This document shows, in pieces, positions 12,540 to 24,575 of a DNA stretch of 45,479 nt (its first letter is position 1; each line of letters begins with the position of its first letter). A program made the position numbers and the translations under genes. The stretch is from Chiloscyllium plagiosum. Lineage: Eukaryota. The stretch spans positions 1 through 45,479 of the forward strand of contig NW_025214529.1 of assembly GCF_004010195.1 (NCBI RefSeq), written 5' to 3'. Under the pieces are notes generated by a model, which made no database searches, was not told the DNA's origin, and worked only from the letters and a program-made list of their open reading frames with translations.

Positions 12540-14716
12540 GAATTTAAGGTCTGATTCTGTGAGTATGACTATGTCCCAGACACCCCATCACCTTCCCCGG
12601 ATATCTCCTGTTTCACCAGCAGGACAGACAAAGCAGAAGTGGTGGCACAGTGGGATACAGTTGGAAGGGAATTGCTCTGGGAGTCCTCAACAGTGAACTG
12701 TATCCCAGGAAGACTCATGGCATTAGTTTACACATGAGAAAGGAAACCTCCTGCTGATTACTATGTATCGACCTCTCCCAACTGATGAGTCAGTACTCCT
12801 CCAAGCTGACCAACACTTGGAGGAAGCATTGAGGGTGGCAAAGGCACAAAATGTACTCTGGGTTGGGGATGTCAATGTCCACAAAAAGAGTGGTTCAGCA
12901 GCAGAATTACTACTTGAGCTGGCCGAGCCCTAAAGGATATACCGGATAGACTGGGTCTACGGCAGGTGGTGAAGGAACCCACAAGAGGGAAAAGCCATAT
13001 TTGACCACAGCCTTACTAATCTGCCAGTTGCAGAAGTATCTGTCCATGAAATTATCGTTAAGAGTGACCACTGCATAGTTATTGTGGAGATAAAGTCACA
13101 CCTGCACATTGAGAATAAGCTCCACCAGCATAGGTGGCACTATCACCGTGCTAACTGGGACAGACTTCGAACAGATCTATCTGGGTTCGCATAACGTGTT
13201 ACAAGTCATCAATAGCAGCAGAATTGTACTCCAGCACAACCTCATGGCCTGGCATATCCCCCTCACAACAATTACCATCAAACTAGAGGATCAACCTTGG
13301 TTCAATTGAGTATGCAGGAGGGCAGGAGCAGTACCATGCATACCTGACAATGAGGTGTCAGCCTGATGAAGTCACCAAACAGGACAACTTGTGCGCCAGA
13401 CAGCATAAGCAGTAAGTGATAGACAAAGCTAAGTGATCCCACAAGCAAAGGATCAGATCTAAGCTCTGCAGTCCTTCTAGTTCTAGATGAGAATAGTTAT
13501 GGACAATTAAACAAGTCATTGGAGGAGGAGATTCCACGAGTATCCCAATCCTTCATGATGGAAATGCCCAGCACTTCAGTGTATAAGATTAGGCTGGTGC
13601 ATTCGCAACAATCTTCAGTCAGAAGTGCTGAGTGGATGATGCACCTCAGCCTCCTTCAGTGGTCCTCAGCAATTCAGTTACCAGCCATCAGCCAATTTGA
13701 TTCACTCCACGCGATATCCAGATTCAGTTGGAGATACTGGATAACCAGAGGGTTCATACCCTGACAACATTCTGTCAATAGTACTGAAAAGTTGTTCTCC
13801 AGACCTTGTCACTGCCCTCACCAAGCTGTTCCAATACCGTTACAACAATAACATTTCCCTGATTACGTGGAAAATTACCCAAGTATCTCCTGTATATAAA
13901 AAGTACAACAAATCCAATCCGGCCAATTACCACTCCATCAGTTTACTCTTGATCATCAGTAAAGTGGTGGAATGTCTCAGTGCTTTCAAGCTGCACCTGC
14001 TCAGCAATAACCGGGTCAATGACGCCCAGTTTGGGCTGCACCAGGGCCACTCAGCTCCTGACCTCATTACCGTGGTTCAAACATGGACAAAAGAGCTGAA
14101 TTCCAGAGGTGGGGTGAGAGTGACAGTCCTTTAAATCAAGACTGTCTTCTCCCAAGGGGAGTTAACAAAACTGGAATCAATGCATATCAGGGCCAAACTC
14201 CCCGCTGGTTAGAATCAGACCTGACACGTAGGAAGATGGTCATGGTTGATAAAGGCCAGTCAACTCAGCTCCAGGGCAAGTCTGTTGGAGTCCCTCAGGC
14301 AGTGGCCTAGGCCCAAACATCTTCAGGGCTGCTTCATCAACGACATTGCCTCTATTCTAAGGTCATAAGTGGGGATGTTTGCCAATGATTGCACAATATT
14401 CAGCAACATTTGTGGCTCCTAAGATACTGAAGCAGTCCATGTCCAAATGCAACAAGATCCAGACAGTATCCAGGCTGAAAAGTGGCAAGTAATATTCACG
14501 TAACACAATTGCCACTCCGTGACCATCACAACTAAAATACAATCTAACCGCTGTCCCTTGGCATTCAATGGTGTTACTATCACTGAATCCACAGTGGGTT
14601 GCAGCGGTTCAACAAGGCAGCTCACCACCACCTTCTCAAGGGGCAACTAGGGACAGGCAATAAATGCTGGCCCAGCCAGTCACACCCAGACTCACGAAAT
14701 AAATAAATTGAAAAAA
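12540..14716 (+). mobile_element. Second CR1/L2-group LINE family: long but disrupted ORF2 (APE + RT) with 3' tail
   Basis: APE: GNLLLITMYRP, VLWVGDVNVH, LRQVVKEPTRG, KSDHCIVIV. RT: PDNI..VLKSCSPDL, WKITQVSPVYKK..KSNPANYHSISLL, AQFG...HSAPDL, GVPQ, MFANDCTIF. Ends AATAAA...A-rich. Many stops and frameshifts. Confidence 0.9.
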
Positions 14717-14719
14717 CAG

Positions 14720-16040
14720 ATTTTTTTTAACAGAGGAAGGTTGCTGAGGTATCATAGGGATCGGTGCTCGGGTACCAGCTGTTCACAATGTCCATTTAAA
14801 ATGTGGTTGTGGGAATCAGATACAATATATCACAACCTGCTGACAAAACTAAAGGATGTTGGATTGCGAGTGGGTGAGGAGGTTGTATAAAAGTTTTAAG
14901 GTGACTAAGGCAAGTGGAGTGAATGGGCAAATATGTGGCAGATGGAGAGCAATGTGGGTGGAGGTGACGGTGTGCCCTTTGGTGGGAACAAGAGATTGGC
15001 AGCTTTTCATTTGAAAAGGGATTGTCAGCTTTTCATTTGAAAAGGGATTGTTTGAAACATGTTGATCTAAAAAGCAACGTATGGGCCTTTTTGTTGTTTC
15101 TTTCTGCGCAGACCTCCGAGGTCCCTGCAGCGCAGTGAGGTCTGAACTCAGAAGTCAATACTGGGAATGGCATTCACACGCTGCCCAGTGTACATAGACC
15201 CACCAAGTGGGGAGCTGTAACATTGCAAAGGATCTGGATCTCCCTGTACACCAGTCACTGAAAGTAATATTGCAGGAGCAGAAAGCAGTTAGGAATTTCA
15301 ATGATGTGCTGACCTTCATTTCAGTAGGATTTGAATCCAGGAGTAAGGGTGTCTTACTGCAGCTGTACAGAGCGTTGTCTCAAACACTATGCAGTATTGT
15401 GTGCAGGTTTGGTCTCAGTACCTAATAAAGGACAAACCTGACATTGAGGGAGTGCAGTGAAGGATGACCAGACCAATCTTTGTGATGACAGGCTTGTTGT
15501 GGGAGCAGAGTTTGGGGCGACTGGGCCTGTATTCCATGGGGTTTAGGAAAATGGGTGGAGATCTCAGTGAGACATATAAAGCTCTGACAGGGTGAGACGA
15601 ATTGGAAGCAGGGATAATAATTCCCCAGGCTCTGGTGTTGTCTAAAACAAGTGTCCACAGTATTAGGTACAGACAGACCATTCTGCAATGAGATGACAAT
15701 AAATGTCTGCCCTCAGAGACTGGTGAACCTGGGGAATGCACTCGAATCTGGAAGCCAAGACACTGAATATAAATACAGACATACAGTAAAGGAATGGTGG
15801 GAGAGAAGGAGAACGATTTGGAAATAAAGGGCCAGGTATCGTTATATTGAATTGGGTAGAAAACCCAACAGACCAAATGGACTACTGCACTTCCGACTTT
15901 ATAGCTTCCCACGGTGAATCACATTAAGGGATGTGTACAGTGTGTAGGAAAAGTGCATTGAGGAGATGTTTGAACATGAACTGGAATGGGGAAGGCTCAA
16001 TGTGTTGTATGGCCTACTGCATTCCCGATGTTTCTGTGCA
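14720..16040 (+). mobile_element. CR1/HER1 3' fragments
   Basis: EWANMWQMESNV; KDLDLPVHQSLKV...GFESRSKGVLLQLYRAL; MGGDLSETYKALTG; CR1-like 3' UTRs ending near 15905 and 16035. Confidence 0.85.
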
Positions 16041-16539
16041 GTCTGTAAATGTTGTCACAAGCTCTCAGATGTTAGGAAGGAGGTCTCTGCAGGGTCAGCA
16101 GGACTGTGTTTCTCATTGCCTTTTCCGATACTGAGGCTGGGGCCGGGTGTTCTGTCTGGTTTTATCCTTTAGACCTCGGAACAGTTTGATACAATAGAAT
16201 GTCCTGGTTGGCGGAATCAGAGATCATTGAAAGGTTTATCACATGTCTGTGTGTCTGCAGTCACGATTAGGCCTGGCCAGAAAAGCACGGGAGATTCACT
16301 TTCTGAAAGTACATTTGTGAAGCAAATTGGTGTTTACAATCGACATTGGCTTCAAGGTCACTATTTACGGACACCAGGTTTTGCATCTTAATATTTTGTC
16401 AATTGTGTTTAACTTACACCAGATGCCAGAGCATTAGCCTGGTCTGGATTAGTAATCCAGTGACCTTTCCACAGCAGCACCATCTCCACATGGGGACCTA
16501 TCTGTAATCATAATGAGCAGGTTATTTCTGTGCTGTTTG

Positions 16540-17050
16540 ATAACTCTGTCAAAAAGAACTCCCACCAATTTGACTGTCGTGGTGGGTCTGAGGGGGAGGT
16601 AACTGCTCAGATTGTAATTGTAATCCTCTTAGGAACTGGACATAGTTGAGTAATTTTCCACATTACCAGGGACACGGCTTGTTGTGCAGCACAAGTCTTC
16701 AGTCCTATTGCAGGAATGGGGTCAGGGACCATTGTCTTTTTCGTACGTACTGTGTTCAGCTGTTTCTTCATGTCACGTACAGCAAATTGAAATGGTTGAA
16801 GACTGGCATCTGTGATTCTGTGGGTATCATGGCGAGGGTGAGGTGGTTCATCAACTCAACACTTCTGGCTGAGGTTGGTGCAGCTACCACATCCTGGTCT
16901 TTTACACTGATATGCAGAGCTGTTCGATTACTGAGGATGGGGATATTTGTGGATCCCTTTGCTCCAGTCATTTGTTTAATCATTCATCACCATTTATGAC
17001 AGAATGTGACAGGATTGCGGAGCTTCGATCAGATCTGTTAGTCAAGTGTG
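16540..17050 (-). mobile_element. Fragment of the 12540-14716 LINE family
   Basis: Minus translation IKQMTGAKGSTNIPILSN...KDQD matches 13500-13900 in inverted orientation. Confidence 0.75.
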
Positions 17051-17279
17051 GTAGCTTTAATGGGTTCACGTCAGGTTTAGGTTCACGTGGTTCTGACCCA
17101 GTCATGTTCACCCACAGTCATTACTGAAACATAGAGCGTATTGATGGCAATGGCAGACTGAGGAAATTATTCGAGGCTAAAAGTTACAGGTTGTGGTTGA
17201 ATGCTGTTCTGCTTCTCCTGCTGCTGTAGTCTACAGCACCACATAAATACGCTGTTTTGAGCTGCAATATCTGCAATGC

Positions 17280-17780
17280 AATTCTGCTGTCTGTCCCTTG
17301 GTTCACATCGAGACCCATTCACCCATCAGTCATGTACTCAGTGACCTACTCTGGTTTCTGATGTGGTAACATTTCCATTTTCATACTCTCATCCTGCTGA
17401 GGGTCTCTCCCCGGGTCATGCTTTCAATCTGACACATTCTGCAAAACCAATTAACTGATTTTAATTCAATTGTTTCATTCATCTGAATCTTTTTCCTTGA
17501 GTAATACCATCTTCTGTGTTTAAATTGAATGCCTTTCCCTCTGTTTCTCTCCCTGACCATGATTAAGAGCTCTGCAGTGTCAGTGATGTCAGCCTTCTGT
17601 AGTTTCAGAGCCAATGCATTCTCTGGATTCCCAATCATCTTCACCACAATGTATGTTTCCTCTTTTGATTTGATGCCTTATTACTCATGGTTGCCTTGTC
17701 CTGCCATGAGTATGTTTCATCTCCTTTGGGAGAATTTCTGATATCCTCCGAAATTCTTGCTTCTGGTGTCTTTGTATCCT
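17280..17780 (+). mobile_element. Degenerate L2-like 3' fragments
   Basis: ACCCATTCACCCATCAGTCATGTACTCAGTGACCTACTCTGG resembles the L2 ORF2 end PITPVL.DLHWL. Confidence 0.5.
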
Positions 17781-18377
17781 TAACTAGATACAAAGAGAGA
17801 AAGAGCGAGACAACATAGATGATGAAATGTGAAATATGAGAAAACTAGATCATCGAAAGAAGTGGATGTACATCCCTCAATGTTTTGGCAATTCCTGTGT
17901 GCTGTGGTCCTTTGTACAGTGCATATACAACAGAGCAATATATTCAAATGCTGGGTCTGATGCCAGAATTTTTATCTCCAATAATATGACAGACACTAGC
18001 TTTGGAAAGTACCCAATAGGCCAATATATTGAATTCTGGTAGAAAGGGGATTAACTGAAATAAGCTGGGACACCAGAAGCAAGAATTTATAATACACATC
18101 CTGATAAGAATGAGAGATTGGAGTGGAGATTTCCAGAAAAGGAGGGAATGTTGAGAGAAGGGGAACATGTCATTTTAGATGAGAATCAAACGATGTTTTA
18201 ATGTTTTATAAATTTCATACATCATATGCATCACTTTCAGTTAACTGTGACTCCGTTGTTCATTTAGAATGTGTTGTGTACATATGAAAAATGTTACATA
18301 TCTGCACACATACATTAATTAAAGAGTATGTATAAAATCATTTTACCGCCATTGAAACTGTCCTGTTTTCGTGTTAC

Positions 18378-19392
18378 CAGGATACATGAACACCAACTGG
18401 CCACCAAAAGACATGACCCATTATCACTATGTTCCATACATACAGACAAAGAAGGGCACCACTTTGATTGGGACAACGCACACACATACTAAGACATGCA
18501 AGGACGTTCTTAGAGGAATGGCATTCTGACCAGAAGTCCGTCAATAAACACANNNNNNNNNNNNNNNNNNNNNNNNNNNNNNNNNNNNNNNNNNNNNNNN
18601 NNNNNNNNNNNNNNNNNNNNNNNNNNNNNNNNNNNNNNNNNNNNNNNNNNNNNNNNNNNNNNNNNNNNNNNNNNNNNNNNNNNNNNNNNNNNNNNNNNNN
18701 NNNNNNNNNNNNNNNNNNNNNNNNNNNNNNNNNNNNNNNNNNNNNNNNNNNNNNNNNNNNNNNNNNNNNNNNNNNNNNNNNNNNNNNNNNNNNNNNNNNN
18801 NNNNNNNNNNNNNNNNNNNNNNNNNNNNNNNNNNNNNNNNNNNNNNNNNNNNNNNNNNNNNNNNNNNNNNNNNNNNNNNNNNNNNNNNNNNNNNNNNNNN
18901 NNNNNNNNNNNNNNNNNNNNNNNNNNNNNNNNNNNNNNNNNNNNNNNNNNNNNNNNNNNNNNNNNNNNNNNNNNNNNNNNNNNNNNNNNNNNNNNNNNNN
19001 NNNNNNNNNNNNNNNNNNNNNNNNNNNNNNNNNNNNNNNNNNNNNNNNNNNNNNNNNNNNNNNNNNNNNNNNNNNNNNNNNNNNNNNNNNNNNNNNNNNN
19101 NNNNNNNNNNNNNNNNNNNNNNNNNNNNNNNNNNNNNNNNNNNNNNNNNNNNNNNNNNNNNNNNNNNNNNNNNNNNNNNNNNNNNNNNNNNNNNNNNNNN
19201 NNNNNNNNNNNNNNNNNNNNNNNNNNNNNNNNNNNNNNNNNNNNNNNNNNNNNNNNNNNNNNNNNNNNNNNNNNNNNNNNNNNNNNNNCCACCAGCGCTT
19301 CAGCAGAGCCTCTCACTGATGATGTTAATTAGTCATAGTGTCGAATCGTCAGAAAACAAACCTTCAAGCACAGCGAGCTAACTTGCATACAT
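18378..19392 (+). mobile_element. Penelope-like element of a second lineage: GIY-YIG C-terminus and 3' end with degenerate hammerhead, spanning an N gap
   Basis: RIHEHQLATKRHDPLSL.SIHTDKEGHHFDWDNA.IL..ARTFLEEWHS...VNKH. After the gap, CTGATGA-TGTTAATTAGTCATAGTGTC-GAATCGTC (19316-19350). Linkage across the gap is inferred. Confidence 0.8.
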
Positions 19393-19702
19393 GCAAACTG
19401 TTATTTTTCTTTTTATTTGGGAATTTGGGAGTTCTTTGTCACTCATGTATTAACAGATTACGAGATGAGGTGAGCTTTTTTGGGTTTGTGGTTTTAATTA
19501 ACAGAAGTGCTCGACATAGATGTCTTCACAGTTTGGGGCCCTGCCGTAAGGGACTTGGATAGATTTGAACAGATTTCGGGTACAAAATGTCCCAGCAAAT
19601 TCCAACACGTTGCAATTAGTGACCTAGTTCTTCAAATAAAACCAGTCCGAAATTCTGTTTAATTTTGTTTACTGGTGGTTGTTTAAATTAAAACTGAGGG
19701 AT

Positions 19703-21105
19703 ATGGCTTTTAACATTACTAAAGAGGTTCCCAAATTTGCCAAGAAAGTTGAGAAAGACAGAAGCAGGACATTTTTTAGAATTAGCAAATAGGTTGGAAT
19801 TGGGTTTAACCACGGACAGAAGGAAAGCTGAAATTATAATGGAGTTGGTCAAGCACTTTGATGTATCAGAGAAACAGACAAGCGCAGTAGAGTTAGAAAA
19901 AACTTAAATTGCAAATATGGCAACTGAAGTTAGAAGATAAAGAAAGAGATGGAAACAGAGTTAGAAAAAAGAGAAGGAGAGGAAAAAGAAAGAGAGAGAG
20001 AATTTGAGATTTAGAAGTTGTGAATTAGACAAGAAAGTTAAATTAACAGGATGGAGATGAAGGGAGAACGTCGGGATGTATACAACTATGTTAGTACCTT
20101 GCCATATTTCGGTGAGAAAAATGTCAAACCTTTTTTATTTCATTTGAAAAAAATGACTCGGCAGATGATGTGTCCAGTGAACTTGTGGGTAATGCTAGTC
20201 CAGAATAAGGTGATGGGCACAGCTGGTGAGGTATGTGCAGCGCTGTCAGATGTGGGATCAAGAGATTATGCAGATGTCAAATTGGCTGTTTTGATTGGCT
20301 ATGAAATGGTACCAGAAGCACATAGACAGAGGTTCATAAAAATTGAGACGGAACTTGGTCAGACTTATGTTAAGTTTGAAAGAATTAACTACAGTCATTT
20401 TGATAGATGGGTGTTGGACTTAAAAATAGATAAGCCCTGTGAGGCTCGAAGGGAGATTATTCTGCTGGAGAAGTTTAAAGACTCACTTACAGAGATGGTA
20501 AGATTTCATGTGCACAAATAGAAAGTTCAAGAAACGAGAAACGCGGCAGAAATGGCAGGTAAATATGCATTGGTGCATGAGATGAAATTTAGCCTCCGGG
20601 AGAATTTTCATGCTATGAGGGATAGAAATTGGGAGAAGGGAAGTTCACACAATACAAAGCGAACAGTAGCGCACAACAGTTTACCACAAGTGAAAAAAGA
20701 AGCCCAAAGGGGTTGAAAGGAGGTGAAAGGCCTCAGGTGTTCTCAGTATAAGGGCGTGGAACACATAAAATGACAGTGTCGATGGTTTAAGAAGGGCACT
20801 GGGAAAAGGTGTTTTCATTGAAGTAAGCTGGGACACACTGTGATGGTCGTTGAAGGAAGGCACTTTGGGGAAAGATGTGGCAGAAGAGACTAAGCCAGTG
20901 GCATTAGTGACACTGGTAAAGGAGACCCCAAGTAGAGCCAAGGAGCTGCAGGAGAGTATATAGCAAAGGCAGGGACTGGGTATTGAGTCAGTACCTGATC
21001 GCTATAAAGAATTTGCCTCTTTAGATAAAGTTTACTCAGAAAGATCAGGGGGAGAAGGACAAGACATTATAATTTTGTGAGATATGGGATCTGCTCAGTC
21101 TCTAA
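19703..21105 (+). pseudogene. Gypsy gag (coiled coil, SCAN-like capsid, degenerate zinc knuckle) and protease N-terminus
   Basis: LPYFGEKNVKPFL...WVMLVQNKVMGTA...YEMVPEAHRQRF..GQTYVKF..FDRWV..REIILLEKFKDSL; knuckle RCSQYKGVEHIK*QC ~20735-20785; protease L*DMGSAQSL ~21075-21104. Confidence 0.88.
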
Positions 21106-21107
21106 TA

Positions 21108-21590
21108 GTTGAGAAGTGAGGCTCCGGAAAAGCACAGAAGATCTGGCAGCATCCGAAAAGCAGAACAATCGAATATCAGGCAGAAACCCATCGTTAGGAA
21201 TGTGGTGGGGGGACAATGGGGCTGAAAGATAAATACGAGGGTAGTAGCTGGGCTGGTGGGAGGGTCACTGGGAAGGCGATAATAAGATGTAGGTGGGAGT
21301 AATAATGATATGTCGGTTGGGAGGGTGGAGTCGGTAGGTGGGAAGGAAGCTGGCCAGTTAGGGCGGTTCAAGAGATCGCCTTCCAAGCTATCTTACACCC
21401 AGCTCCACACCCATCCTACTATTTATTTCTCGGCCCCCTTCCCCCTCCGTTACCCCATTTCCTGAGAAGGATTTATGCCTGAAAAGTCAACTCTTCTGCC
21501 CCTCGGATGCTGCCTGGTTGGCTATGCTTTTCCAGCCCCACACTTTTCAACTCTCATCTCCAGCATCTGCAGCCCTCACTTTCTCTCGGC
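21108..21590. mobile_element. Non-autonomous PLE derivative with inverted terminal repeats, inserted in the Gypsy protease
   Basis: Terminal repeat in opposite orientations at 21110-21260 and 21400-21590; 8-bp TSD CTCTAATA at 21100-21107 and 21591-21598. Confidence 0.85.
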
Positions 21591-21899
21591 CTCTAATATT
21601 TTCACTCTTTCTGACGTATTAATCAAGATTGTGACAATTTGTGGAATGGGGTTAGAAATTAAGCATTCCCTTGTGTAACATCAGGTTGGAATGCCAAATC
21701 AAGGTTGGGGAAGTAACAGTGACAGTGAGTAACAGAGTGTCATTTCCAGGAATACAGTTTGTTCTTGTGAACGATTTAATAGGATCCAAGGTGGGCGTGG
21801 CACCCCTTGTGTTGGAGAAGGCAAAAGGAAAACTAGAGAATTGGGGAGTTAAAAGAAAAATAACCAGGATTTTTCCAGACTGTATAGTAAAAAGATTGT

Positions 21900-22221
21900 G
21901 GGCGACACGGTGGCACAGTGGTTAGCACTGCTGCCTCACAGTGCCAGAGACCCGGGTTCAATTCCCGCCTCAGGCAACTGACTGTGTGGAGTTTGCACGT
22001 TCTCCCCGTGTCTGCGTGGGTTTCCTCCGGGTGCTCTGGTTTCCTCCCACAGTCCAAAGATGTGCAGGTCAGGTGAATTGACCATGCTAAATTGTCCTCA
22101 GTGTTAGGTAAGGTGTAAATGTAGGGGTATGGGAGGGTTGCGCTTCGGCGGGTCGGTGTGGACATGTTGGGCCGAAGCACCTGTTTCCACACTGTAATGT
22201 AATCTGTAATCTAATCTGTAA
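21900..22221 (+). mobile_element. HE1-like V-SINE, full length, nested in Gypsy pol
   Basis: Box A TGGCACAGTGG, box B GGTTCAATTCC, V-domain TGTGTGGAGTTTGCACGTTCTCCCCGTGTCTGCGTGGG, (TAATC)n tail. Confidence 0.95.
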
Positions 22222-22559
22222 TTCCACTGTCATAAGTTAGAGCAGGAAGGAAAACCAAAATAAAAAGCCAAAGGAGTTGATGTTGAGTTAACTGACACCC
22301 TGTTTGATGTCACGGTGCAGAAAAAACCTGAACAGGCAGAGGATCAGGCAGGGGTGTTTAGTCCAGAAAGGCTAATTAACTTACAACAGATATATACACA
22401 CACATGCACATGCACACACACAGAAAAGGAATCAAAATATATTGTCGAACGTTATTAATTTAAAGATAGAATGCTAAAATTAAAATGGAGACCCTGACAG
22501 GTTAGTGCAGAAGGGAAATGGGCCGAAGTGCGCCAGATTGTTTTCGGAGTAGCGTAGAG

Positions 22560-23500
22560 TGTTACGGGTCGCACATAAACTAACTGCAGGGGGTCACTGA
22601 GGTGTACAGAAGACTCAGGCTAAGGTACAGAGGCATTTCTAGTGGCCTGAAATGCACACGGACGTGGTTATTTTTTGATGTACATGTCAAACATTCTAAA
22701 TGGGAGGGATGTCACAGGCAGTACTAAAGCCAGCACCTTTGTTACCAATTCCTGCATTCGAAGAACATTTCACGTGGATTATGATTAGTTGTGTAGCTCC
22801 CCTATCTAAAATAAAAGTGGAAACCAATATTTGCTAGCCATAATGGATGTGTCTACCAGATTTCCAGAGGCAATTCTATTATGGAGTGTTAAGGTAAAAA
22901 GAGAGGTGGAGGAATTGGTAGCTTTCTTTACTCACTGTGGGCTCCGCAGAGAGATTCAGTTAGACCAAGGTCTCATTTTACTGCTCAGCTGTTTAAGGAA
23001 GTCATGGATAGGTTAAGGAAGTCATGGATAGCTTAAGCATACAGCACTTCAAATCAAGGGCGTCCCATCCTGAATCCCAGGCACCCTTGGAAAGTTAGCA
23101 TCAGACGCGGAAGACCAAATTAACAGCGTACTGTCAGGATTACTGGAATGATTGGAATGAAGGTGTCTCATTAAATTGTTTGCCATTAGACAAAAAATAT
23201 TTGCCCCAAATAAATCTACTCAGTTTACTTCCTTTGAGTTAATATTTGAAGTCAGAGGTCCTTTGGAATTAATTGAATATAAATTGACAGGACCGAAGTC
23301 AGAGATCTCACACTCGATTATGTATGTGAGGTGAGGGAGAGATTAGATGGAGTAGGTGAGTTAGCTAAACAGCACCTGAAGGGCACAGCATAGAATGAAG
23401 CACGTGACAGATAAAAACTCTGAAATTTTGACGATTTCCTGTGGGGATGACGTATTAGTATTGCCACCAGTGATAGGAATCCCGTTCAATGCCAGGTTTA
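22560..23500 (+). pseudogene. Gypsy integrase relic (HHCC + DDE core)
   Basis: AHKLTAGGH*GVQKTQAKVQRHF*WP...CTCQ; PAPLLPIPAFEE; NQYLLAIMDVSTRFPEAI; GLRREIQLDQG; HPESQ..LE..HQT.KT.L. Confidence 0.92.
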
Positions 23501-23504
23501 GGGA

Positions 23505-24575
23505 CTCAGGAACAGAGTTATGGTCAGATGAACAAATTGTGTAGTTTATCTGTATAATGTAGTGACCTTTAGCAAGTGATTGAAAGCTCACATGTTACAG
23601 TTGGCAGAGCATGTTCAACGATTACAAGAAGCAAACTTGGTAATAAACTTAAAGAAAACAGGATTCACGAAGGCAGAGGTGAAATTCGTGGGACATTACA
23701 TTGGACATGGAAGGTTGACCCCATGGGACATAAAGACGAAGGGCTTTGAGGAATTTCCACGACCATCCTCGTTGAAAGAGGATTTTTGGAACTGAGTGGA
23801 TTCTATCGGAAGTTTGTTCCAAACTTTAGCAGCGTATTGGCACCACTGATGGACTTAGTAAAGAAGGAAACAGAATTGTGGTGGACAGAACAATGCCAGG
23901 AGGCATTTGAAAATTTTAAAGTAGGATTAATCACCACATCAGTTTTAGCTATACCAAATATTTTGAAACCCTTTCAAAATTCTATTTGCTTCTAGGGATA
24001 TAGGGGTTGGAGATGTATTGATACAGTAAGATGATGATGGAATTAAATGGCTAATTGGCTACTTGTCGGAAAAACGCAATATCCACCAGAAAGAAAAATA
24101 CGACATTCTCCATTATTGAAAAAGAATGATTAAGTTTCGCACTGACCTGACAATATTTTAATGTTTATGTGACAAATAAATTGTCGGAGATGGTTGTGGA
24201 CAATGACAAACCTCTCGCGTTTTTTGGAATATTTAAAGACCAGAATATGAGAGTATTTCATTGGAGTCTTACAACAGAGTGTTACAAGGGGACATAAATT
24301 TAAGGTGAAGGGTGGAAGGTATAGGGGAGATGTCAGGGGTGGGTCCTTTACCCAGAGAGTGGTGGGGGCAGGGAATGCGCTGCCTCGGGATCATTGGCGA
24401 CCTTTAAGCGGCATTTGGGTAGGTACATGGATGGGTACTTAATCTAGGTTAGAAGTTCGGCACAACATCGTGGGCCGAAGGGCCTGTTCTGTGCTGTATT
24501 GTTCTATGTTCTATGTTCTATGTACATACTGTGGGTCCTAAAATGTGATAGCAGATGTGTTATCGTGGATTTAAA
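23505..24575 (+). pseudogene. Gypsy RT C-terminal half and RNase H relic
   Basis: VYLYN (decayed YLDD, 23547-23558); RLQEANLVINLKK; FVGHYIG; GFYRKFVPNFSSVLAPLMDL; DIGVGDVL; SIIEKE; resumes NVIADVLS after a CR1 insertion. Confidence 0.92.
24273..24522 (+). mobile_element. 5'-truncated CR1/HER1 3' end nested in Gypsy RNase H
   Basis: RGHKFKVKGGRYRGDVRG.SFTQRVVGAGNALP; GGGCCGAAGGGCCTGTTCTGTGCTGTA and (TGTTCTA)n tail. Confidence 0.92.

Noticed and set aside
18468..19319. Long ORFs of 268-283 aa
   Set aside because: Artefacts of the N gap 18553-19288.
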